64,000 nt of DNA from contig UYFQ01000141.1 in the NCBI GenBank assembly GCA_900617105.1, positions 1-64,000 of the forward strand, read 5' to 3'. Of the stretch, positions 55,722 to 64,000 are shown in pieces. Source of the stretch: Hydrurus foetidus. Lineage: Eukaryota. A program made the translations under genes and the position numbers. Under the pieces are notes generated by a model, which had not been told where the DNA came from, searched no databases, and saw only the letters and a list, made by a program, of their open reading frames with translations. Positions within the stretch are counted from its first letter, which is position 1. Each line of letters begins with the position of its first letter.

Positions 55722-56672
55722 ATGACAACGACATACAAGGGCCTGGTTGCCGTGCTGGTGCTCAGCCTGGCCGCCGTGAGCGGTGCACAGGCGAGGGAGC
55801 TGGTGTTGGGTTTTGCCCAGATTGGCGCCGAAAGCCAATGGCGCATTGCCAACAGCCGCTCCATCCAGGAGTCTGCCGCTACGGCAAATATCACCCTGAA
55901 GTTTGTGGACGCCGACGGGCAACAGGCCAACCAGGTCAAGGCCATCCGCAGCTTTATCGAGCAAAAAGTGGATGTGATTGCATTGGCACCGGTGGTGACT
56001 ACCGGCTGGGACGAGGTGCTAGCCGAAGCACGCAAGGCCCATATTCCCGTCATCCTGACGGACCGCAGCATCGACACCCGGGACGACGGTCTGTATGCAA
56101 CCTTCTTGGGTTCGGACTTTGCTGAGGAAGGACGTCGCGCAGGGCGTTGGTTGCTACGCAATGCGAAGCCCACGGGGGAGGTGCGCATTGTGGAACTGCA
56201 GGGATCAACCGGCTCCGCTCCCGCCATTGAGCGCAAGCGCGGCTTCGACGAGGTGATCCGCGCCGACGCCCGTTTCAAGGTCGTGCAGTCGAAAACGGCC
56301 GACTTCACCAAGTCCAAGGGCAAGGAAGTCATGGCCGGCTTTCTGAAGGCCGAAGGCAAGACCATTCAGGTGGTGTACGCCCACAACGATGACATGGCGA
56401 TAGGTGCCATTCAGGCGCTGGAGGAGGCGGGCCTCAAGCCTGCCAAGGACGTGCTGGTGATTGGGGTAGATGCGGTCAAAGGGGCGTTTGACGCCATGGT
56501 GGCCGGCAAGATGAACGTCACAGTGGAGTGCACGCCGTTGATTGGCCCCCAGCTCATGGACCTGGTGCGCTATGTCTCCCAAGGCAAGCCGGTGCCCAAG
56601 CGGGTGCAAAGCCTGGAAGGTGTCTTCACCATGGAAACCGCCGCCCGCGAATACGACAAGCGCAAGTACTAG
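55722..56672 (+). CDS. sugar ABC substrate-binding protein (YtfQ-like)
   Basis: GFAQIGAESQWR, QVKAIRSFI, AHNDDMAIGA, VECTPL. Confidence 0.88.
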   Translation: MTTTYKGLVAVLVLSLAAVSGAQARELVLGFAQIGAESQWRIANSRSIQESAATANITLKFVDADGQQANQVKAIRSFIEQKVDVIALAPVVTTGWDEVLAEARKAHIPVILTDRSIDTRDDGLYATFLGSDFAEEGRRAGRWLLRNAKPTGEVRIVELQGSTGSAPAIERKRGFDEVIRADARFKVVQSKTADFTKSKGKEVMAGFLKAEGKTIQVVYAHNDDMAIGAIQALEEAGLKPAKDVLVIGVDAVKGAFDAMVAGKMNVTVECTPLIGPQLMDLVRYVSQGKPVPKRVQSLEGVFTMETAAREYDKRKY

Positions 56673-56702
56673 CGCACCGTGCCCGCAGTACTTGCGGCGG
56701 GT

Positions 56703-57611
56703 TTATTTGTTGGCCTGTACCATCTTCATCGCTGTAGCGATGAGGGTGGAGACTTCACTCATATTGGCCGGGATGATGAGCGTGGTGGTCGCATCAGCCG
56801 CGACCTTGCTGTAAGCTTCCACCGCCTTTTCTGCGACCTTGAGTTGCACCGCCTGTTCGCCACCGGGTTGGCGAATCGCGCTGGCAATGCGCTCAATCGC
56901 CGCTGCAGTCGCTTCGGCCACTGCGGTGATAGACGCCGCTTCGCCTGCCGCCTTGTTGATCACGGCCTGCTTCTCGCCTTCGGAGCGGGCAATGAAAGCC
57001 TCGCGTTCACCGGTGGCGATGTTGATCTGTTCCTGACGACGGCCTTCGGACGCCGCAATCAGTGCGCGCTTCTCGCGTTCGGCGGTAATCTGTGCCTGCA
57101 TGGCATGCAAAATTGCTGGTGGTGGTGTCAGGTCCTTGATTTCGTAGCGCAGCACCTTCACACCCCAGTTCAGCGCGGCTTCGTCAATCGCGGCTACGAC
57201 TTGGGCGTTGATGATGTCGCGCTCTTCAAACGTCTTGTCCAGCTCCAACTTGCCAATCACGGAGCGCAGTGTGGTTTGCGCCAATTGGGTGATGGCCATG
57301 ATGTAGTTCGACGAGCCGTAGCTGGCACGCATCGGGTCAGTGACTTGGAAATACAAAATCCCGTCTACTTGCAACTGCGTGTTGTCGCGGGTGATGCAGA
57401 CCTGGCTGGGCACATCGAGCGCGATTTCTTTCAGCGAATGCTTGTAGGCCACGTTGTCCACAAAGGGCACCAAGATGTTCAGCCCTGGTGTCAGCGTGCT
57501 GTGGTATTTGCCCAGCCGCTCAACGACCCAGGCGTTTTGCTGCGGCACCACTTTGAGTGATCGGACGATGAAGATAACGGCAATAACCAGCAGAATAAGT
57601 GCAAATTCCAT
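56703..57611 (-). CDS. SPFH/band 7 family protein (QmcA-like)
   Basis: VVERLGKY, CITRDN, AQTTLRSVIG, QITAEREKRA. Confidence 0.93.
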   Translation of the reverse strand: MEFALILLVIAVIFIVRSLKVVPQQNAWVVERLGKYHSTLTPGLNILVPFVDNVAYKHSLKEIALDVPSQVCITRDNTQLQVDGILYFQVTDPMRASYGSSNYIMAITQLAQTTLRSVIGKLELDKTFEERDIINAQVVAAIDEAALNWGVKVLRYEIKDLTPPPAILHAMQAQITAEREKRALIAASEGRRQEQINIATGEREAFIARSEGEKQAVINKAAGEAASITAVAEATAAAIERIASAIRQPGGEQAVQLKVAEKAVEAYSKVAADATTTLIIPANMSEVSTLIATAMKMVQANK

Positions 57612-57663
57612 AGCAAACTTTCTATAGTGAGTGAGCGGTAAAGCGAAAAAAATTAAAAATAAC

Positions 57664-58095
57664 TCAAAGGGTAGAGGGCGCCACTATCAAGCGGCTGCCC
57701 AGCACCTCAACAATGCGGTGCGTACCGGCCTGCGCAACGGCACCCGGCACGAGACTGGCGGCCCAATCGGCACCTCGGTAGCGCACGGTGGTGTGCTGCG
57801 CGGCATCCCAAGCGTCTACCTGAACCGTGCCGCCAATGTCCATATTCACATCCTTGTTGGCCGTGGCCCGCAGCGTGGCCGGGCTGTGGGCTTTTTTCCA
57901 GTGCCACAAAGCGACTGCACCCCCACCCAGTAAGGCGGCGATAACAATTTGGGCCGTTACGCCCACGCCTGCATGGGCGGCCAGCGCACCGGCAGCAGCA
58001 CCTATGGCGACCATCAGCAAGTAGAAGGTGCCCGTCAGCATTTCAATGCCTACCAAACCCCCTGCCAGTACCCACCACACCGTAGATTGACTCAT
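57664..58095 (-). CDS. NfeD-like protein
   Basis: EMLTGTFYLL, VRYRGADW; upstream of the SPFH gene. Confidence 0.88.
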   Translation of the reverse strand: MSQSTVWWVLAGGLVGIEMLTGTFYLLMVAIGAAAGALAAHAGVGVTAQIVIAALLGGGAVALWHWKKAHSPATLRATANKDVNMDIGGTVQVDAWDAAQHTTVRYRGADWAASLVPGAVAQAGTHRIVEVLGSRLIVAPSTL

Positions 58096-58253
58096 TTTCT
58101 AACCCCCTTTGTTTGTGCTTTGTCTGTGATGCGCCACATTTTGTGCCCAAACGGCGGGGATGCAAGGCGCATTGGTTTATTTGACTTATTAATTCCTTAC
58201 ACTTCGCCCCTCTTATATCAATTTGGCCCACGCCTTGCCTCTCGGAGCGCTGC

Positions 58254-60573
58254 ATGAAATTTCGCTTTCCCATCGTCATCATTGATGAAGACTTTCGCAC
58301 CGACAACACCTCGGGCCTCGGTATCCGTGCGTTGGCTGATGCGATCACGAGCGAAGGTTTCGAGGTGCTGGGTGTCACCAGTTATGGTGATTTGAGCCAG
58401 TTTGCGCAGCAGCAATCTCGCGCCAGTGCCTTCATTTTGTCGATTGACGATGAAGAATTCACCCCTGGCCCTGATCTGGATCCTGCGGTGCTTAACCTGC
58501 GCACCTTCATCGAAGAGGTGCGCCGTAAAAATCTGGATGTGCCCATCTACGTTTACGGCGAAACCAAGACCTCGCGCCACATTCCCAACGACATCTTGCG
58601 TGAGCTGCATGGCTTCATCCACATGTTTGAGGACACGCCCGAGTTCGTGGCCCGCCACATCATCCGCGAAGCCAAAAGCTACCTGGAAAGCGTGCAGCCG
58701 CCGTTCTTCAAAGCCTTGCTGGACTACGCCGAAGACGGCTCGTACTCTTGGCACTGCCCCGGCCATTCCGGTGGTGTTGCCTTCCTGAAAAGCCCGGTTG
58801 GCCAGATGTTCCATCAGTTTTTCGGTGAGAACATGCTGCGTGCTGACGTGTGCAATGCCGTGGAAGAGTTGGGTCAGCTGCTTGACCACACGGGCCCTAT
58901 CGCCGCGTCTGAGCGCAATGCTGCGCGTATCTTCAACGCTGACCACTGCTTCTTTGTCACCAACGGCACCAGCACCAGCAACAAGATGGTCTGGCACCAC
59001 ACCGTCGCCCCTGGTGACGTGGTGGTGGTTGACCGCAACTGCCACAAATCCAACCTGCACGCCATCATCATGACCGGGGCCATCCCCGTGTTTTTGAAGC
59101 CCACGCGCAACCATTTCGGCATCATCGGCCCGATTCCGCAAAGCGAGTTCGAGCCTGAAGCCATCAAGGCCAAAATCCGCGCCAACCCACTGCTCAAAGG
59201 TGTGGATGCCGATACCGTCAAGCCGCGCATCATGACGCTGACGCAAAGCACTTACGACGGCGTGATCTACAACACCGAAACCATCAAGAACATGCTTGAT
59301 GGCTACGTGGACACGCTGCACTTTGACGAAGCATGGCTGCCCCACGCCGCCTTCCACCCCTTCTACGGCCCCTACCACGCGATGGGCAAGAAGCGGGCGC
59401 GGCCCAAAGAGGCGCTGGTGTTCTCCACTCAATCCACCCACAAACTGCTGGCCGGCATCAGCCAAGCCAGCCATGTCCTGGTGCAGGATTCGCAAAACCG
59501 CAAGCTGGACCGCCATCTGTTCAACGAAGCGTATTTGATGCACACCAGCACCAGCCCGCAGTACGCCATCATCGCCAGCTGCGACGTGGCCGCCGCCATG
59601 ATGGAGCCACCCGGCGGCACCGCGCTGGTTGAAGAGTCGATCATGGAAGCGCTGGATTTCCGCCGCGCCATGCGCAAGGTGGACGAGGAATACGGCAACG
59701 ACTGGTGGTTCAAAGTCTGGGGGCCAGACACGCTGGTGGAAGAGGGCATTGGCCGCGCTGATGCCTGGATCATCAAAGGTGAGAAAGCCGAAAAAGCAGA
59801 GAAAGCCACCAAGCGCAGCAGCAAAAAAGCCAACGCCACCACCGCCGCCAATTGGCACGGTTTTGGCGATTTGGCCGATGGCTTCAACATGCTTGACCCC
59901 ATCAAATCCACCATCGTCACCCCCGGTTTGGATTTGAACGGCAAGTTTGCACCCACCGGCATCCCCGCCAGCATCGTCACCAAATTCTTGGCGGAACACG
60001 GTGTGATCGTGGAGAAGACGGGTCTGTACAGCTTCTTCATCATGTTCACCATCGGCATCACCAAGGGCCGCTGGAACTCGCTGCTGACGGCCTTGCAGCA
60101 GTTCAAAGACGACTACGACAAGAACCAGCCCATGTGGCGCATCCTGCCCGAGTTTGCCAAGCCCACAAACGCTACGAGCGCATGGGTTTGGCCGACCTGT
60201 GCCACAGCATGTGCATGGGATGTATGCCAAGTACGACATCGCCCGCTTGACGACCGAGATGTACTTAAGCGATCTGACTCCCGCCATGAAGCCCAGCGAT
60301 GCCTACGCCCATATTGCCCTGCGCAAGACCGAGCGCGTGGAAATCGACCACCTGGAAGGCCGTGTGTCGGTCGGCATGGTGACCCCGTACCCGCCCGGCA
60401 TCCCCTTGCTGATTCCCGGCGAAGTGTTCAACAAGAAAGTGGTGGACTACCTGAAGTTCTCCCGCGAGTTCAACGCACATTGCCCCGGCTTTGAGACCGA
60501 TGTGCACGGCCTGGTGGACGAGATCGGCGACGACGGAAAGATGCACTACTACGCCGACTGCGTGAGGGTGTGA
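58254..60573 (+). CDS. arginine/lysine/ornithine decarboxylase; apparent indels near 60160-60210
   Basis: Wing domain, WHCPGHSGG, NGTSTSNK, DEAW, QSTHK (PLP Lys); C-terminal PYPPGIP..PGFETDVHG lies in another frame. Confidence 0.92.
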
Positions 60574-60579
60574 TACAAA

Positions 60580-60612
60580 AATAGCGCCAGTGCAGATTGC
60601 ACTGGCGCTATT
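60580..60612. terminator. bidirectional terminator between the decarboxylase gene and fabI
   Basis: aatagcgccagtgca-gat-tgcactggcgctatt with flanking A/T runs. Confidence 0.85.
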
Positions 60613-60668
60613 ATTTTAGGAGCTTCTCGCGCAGAGTCTACGCGGGCTAGAGCCCTATTGGGCTTGAA
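60607..60668 (+). repeat. intergenic copy of the ~65-bp palindromic repeat
   Basis: gctattattttaggagcttctcgcgcagagtctacgcgggctagagccctattgggcttgaa. Confidence 0.8.
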
Positions 60669-60672
60669 ACTC

Positions 60673-61473
60673 TCAGGCCAGATCGGTGGTCACGCCCATC
60701 GTCCGGCTGTAGCCGCCATCCACAAAGGTGATCTCGGCGGTGACGCCACCGGCCAGGTCGCTCAGCAAAAATGCCGCCACATTACCCACATCCTCGATCG
60801 TCACGTTGCGACGGATCGGCGAGGCATCGGCCACGGTGTGCAGCAGCTTTGAAAAATCCTTGATGCCGCTGGCCGCCAAAGTCTTGATGGGGCCGGCGCT
60901 GATGCCGTTGACGCGGATGCCACGGCCATCCGCTGTGCGGCCCACGGCTTCGGCCAGGTAGCGCACGCTGGCTTCCAGCGATGCCTTGGCCAAGCCCATG
61001 GTGTTGTAGTTGGGGATGATGCGATCGGCACCCAGATAGGTCAGCGTCAGCAGCGCGGCCTTGTCGTTCAGGTGGGGCAGGGCGGCTTTGGCCATGGCGG
61101 GGAAGCTGTAGGCACTGATATCGTGGGCGATCTTGAAGTTCTCGCGCGTCAGTCCGTCCAGGAAATTGCCGGCAATGGCTTCGCGGGGAGCAAAACCAAT
61201 GCTGTGCACAAAGCCGTCGAACGTGGGCCAATGGGCCGACAGATCGGTGAACAGCTGGGCAATCTGGGCATCGTCGCCCACGTCGCAGTCAAAGATCAGT
61301 TTGGAATCAAAGTCGGCCGCAAACTCGGTAATGCGGTCTTTGAAACGCTGGCCCACGTAGCTGAATGCCAGCTCGGCACCTTGTGCCTTGCAGGCCTTGG
61401 CGATGCCGTACGCAATGGAGCGGTTCGACAACACCCCGGTGATCAACAATTTCTTGCCTGCTAAAAAGCCCAT
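60673..61473 (-). CDS. fabI: enoyl-ACP reductase
   Basis: [35 protein letters not shown]. Confidence 0.96.
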   Translation of the reverse strand: MGFLAGKKLLITGVLSNRSIAYGIAKACKAQGAELAFSYVGQRFKDRITEFAADFDSKLIFDCDVGDDAQIAQLFTDLSAHWPTFDGFVHSIGFAPREAIAGNFLDGLTRENFKIAHDISAYSFPAMAKAALPHLNDKAALLTLTYLGADRIIPNYNTMGLAKASLEASVRYLAEAVGRTADGRGIRVNGISAGPIKTLAASGIKDFSKLLHTVADASPIRRNVTIEDVGNVAAFLLSDLAGGVTAEITFVDGGYSRTMGVTTDLA

Positions 61474-61518
61474 ATCGTCCTCGTGAAAAAATTGCTCGGT
61501 CTGGTGCAGAATTGTCGC

Positions 61519-63328
61519 ATGCGAATTTTGGCAGGCTGGTTGTTGACGTTGGGCAGTGTGTGGGCCTCGGGTGCGTGGGCGGCGCACGGCTATGCGCTGT
61601 GGGGCGACCTGAAGTACCCCGCCGGCTTTGCGCAGTTTGATTACGCCAATGGCAGCGCACCCAAGGGCGGTGAGTTGCGCCTGGTAAGCAACCTGCGGGT
61701 CTCCACCTATGACAAGTACAACCCATTCACCATCAAGGGCACGGCCCCAGCGTATTTGAGTGGGCTGATGTTTGACACGCTGCTGGTGGGCTCGCTGGAC
61801 GAAACTGCCGCTGGCTATGGTTTGCTGGCCGAAGATGTGAGTGTGGGGGCCGATGGCCTGAGCGCCACTTTCCGTTTGCGCAAAGAGGCGCGCTTTCACA
61901 ATGGGGACCCGGTGCTTGCGCTTGACGTGAAACACAGCTATGACACCCTGGTTGGCCCGTTCACCTCGCCCGCCTACAAGAGTCTGCTCGACGATGTAGC
62001 GGGCGTGGATGTGCTGGATGCCACCTCGGTCCGCTACCGTTTCAAGAAACCGAATCGTGAATTACCGCTGACCGTGGGTGGCCTGCCGGTCTTCAGCCAC
62101 CGTTGGGGTGAGGACGGTGGCAAGGCCAAGCCCTTTGACCAAGTGGTGATGGACATCCCGATTGGCAGCGGCCCCTACAAGATCGGGCCGGTGGTGTTTG
62201 GCAAGGACGTTACCTACACCCGTGACGCCGCTACTGGGCCGAGCAGGGGGCGAATTTGTGCGCCGGGGCAGCGCAACTTTGACCGCATCACCTATAAAGA
62301 CTATCTGGACGAGACGGCACGCTTGGAGGGCCTGCGGGCGGGGGAGTTTGATTTCATGCGCTTCATCTCGGCGGCGACTGGGCACGGCAGTCAACGGCCG
62401 CCAATTTGACAGGCGAGCTGGTCAAGCCGGCGTTCAAAACCGCAACCCTGGGGCTTTTCAGGGCTATGTCTTCAACCTGCGCAACCCGAAATTCCAAGAC
62501 CTGCGAGTGCGCCGGCGCTGGGTTTGGCGATGGATTTCGAGTGGCTGAACCGGCAGCTGTTTTACGGTCTGTACAAGCGTGTGGAAGGTTATTACCCGAA
62601 CAGCGATTTCCACGCCGAGGGCTTGCCCCAAGCCGATGAACTGGCGTTGTTAGAGCCGCTGCGCCAAAAGCTGCCCCACCGTGTTTGGCCCAGCTTTTTT
62701 GCCCCCAGCACCAACCCGCCATCCAGCCTGCGTGACAACCTGCGCCAAGCGCAGAAGTGCTGCACGATGCGGGTGGGATTACAAAGACGGGGCATTACGC
62801 AATGCCAAAGGCGACGCCTTCACTATCGAGTTTTTGAGCGATCAGCCTAGCTTGGTTCGGGTGCGTGGGGCCGCGCAATCTGGAAAAATTAGGCATCCAG
62901 CTCAACTTACCGCGTGGTGGATTATTCGCTGTCCAAGCAAAAGATGGATGCGTTTGATTTTGAAATGACCAGCCTGCGCTTGCCCGGCTCCACCGCCCCT
63001 GGCGGAATGAGCTGCCGAGCTGTTCGGCTCCAAAGCCGCCACCACACCGGGTTCATCCAATATCTGGGGTATTGCCGATCCGGCTGTGGATGCGCTGCTG
63101 CTGGTGGTGACCGCCGCCACCCGCCCGCACTTGTTACTGCCATGCGTGCGTTAGACCGCGTGCTGACGCATGGCCATTACTCGATTCCCCAGTGGTACGG
63201 CGATGCGTTCTTTGTCGGCTACCGGCCTGGGCAGTTTGTGTTACCCAAAGTCATCCCGCCTTACTACAAAGTGGACACTTGGGCGGCCAGCACCTGGTGG
63301 GCCTCGCCCTCCAACTGGGTCAAAATAA
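61519..63328 (+). CDS. yejA: peptide/microcin C ABC transporter substrate-binding protein; several apparent frameshifts
   Basis: [54 protein letters not shown]. Confidence 0.8.
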
Positions 63329-64000
63329 ATGGTCAGTTACATCCTCAAGCGCTTTGCACTCATGCTGCCCACCCTGCTGGGTATTTTGCTGCTGACCTTT
63401 GCCGTCATCCAGTTTGTACCCGGCGGCCCGGTGGAGCAAATGGTGTCGCGTTGCAAGGACGGGATTCGGGTGGCGAGCGTGCTGCCGCATCGGGCGCGGG
63501 CTACCGGGGCCGCCAAGGCGTGGACGAGAAGCGCATTGCTGAGATCCGCCAGCTTTACGGCTTCGACAAGCCAGCCCACGAGCGCTTTATCCAAATGCTC
63601 GGCCAGTTCGCTCGGTTTGACATGGGTAAAAGCTTCTATCAGCACAAAGACGTGTGGGCGTTGGTCAAAGAAAAAATGCCGGTGTCCATCAGTCTGGGGC
63701 TGTGGACGTTCTTCATCAGCTACCTGATCGCCGTGCCGCTGGGGGTCGCCAAAGCTGTGCGGGCGGGTTCGCGGTTTGACATGGTGACGACGCTGCTGGT
63801 GCTGGTCGGTTACGCCATTCCGGGCTTTGTGCTGGGTGTGGCGCTGCTGGTGATTTTTGGCGGGCAGTTGCAGTGGTTCCCGCTGCGGGGGCTGACTTCA
63901 AGCAACTGGGAAACGCTGAGCTGGGGCGCACGGGTAACGGACTACCTTTGGCATATTGCCCTGCCCATCACCGCGATGGTTTTGGGCAGTTTCGCCGTGA
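63329..64000 (+). CDS. yejB: peptide/microcin C ABC transporter permease, partial; apparent frameshift
   Basis: YILKRFALMLPTL, IQFVPGGPVEQ, YGFDKP, KMPVSISLG, DYLWH. Confidence 0.85.

Noticed and set aside
54274..56672. Genomic island integrated at tRNA-Ser
   Set aside because: No integrase and no duplicated tRNA 3' end are visible in the window.
58218..60287. Long antisense ORFs (also 1076-2251, 10937-12301, 29769-31373, 31370-32647, 52903-54237 and others)
   Set aside because: They are shadows of well-supported genes on the opposite strand, expected in GC-rich DNA, with no recognisable motifs.
60154..60573. Programmed frameshift or separate small gene at the decarboxylase C-terminus
   Set aside because: More than one indel is needed to restore the frame, no slippery site is evident, and it lies in the error-prone zone.

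Overview
GC-rich betaproteobacterial chromosome segment. Gene content and order suggest Comamonadaceae (Rhodoferax-like); this is an inference. Left to right it carries: a sulfate-assimilation operon (TauE-cysI-DUF934-cysH-cysD-cysN-fdxA-FNR-like); a small accessory patch (SRPBCC/MerR pair, a lower-GC membrane ORF containing a degenerate integron attC site, an orphan FliD-like gene); a nucleoside/pseudouridine salvage cluster (2OG-Fe(II) oxygenase, nucleoside hydrolase, ribokinase, psuK, psuG, BMP-type ABC importer); mnmC-like, yggX, dsbB; a desaturase/TetR pair; a chromate-resistance locus; tag preceded by an SOS box; argA; a type I restriction-modification island with cargo (DUF1016 nuclease, Fic, RHH/RelE toxin-antitoxin); hrpA; and core genes (cysB, lptFG, pepA, holC, tRNA-Ser, SPFH/NfeD, a basic amino acid decarboxylase, fabI, yejAB). 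The most striking unexplained structure is a ~65-bp dispersed palindromic repeat (about 10 copies). It lies between genes, in frame inside proteins (DsbB, CysI, HrpA), and inside short linker ORFs that keep the RM operon translationally coupled. Two other palindromic elements are also inserted in frame in HrpA and HsdR. Frameshifts cluster only in 1-7130 and 60150-64000 and are most likely sequencing errors.
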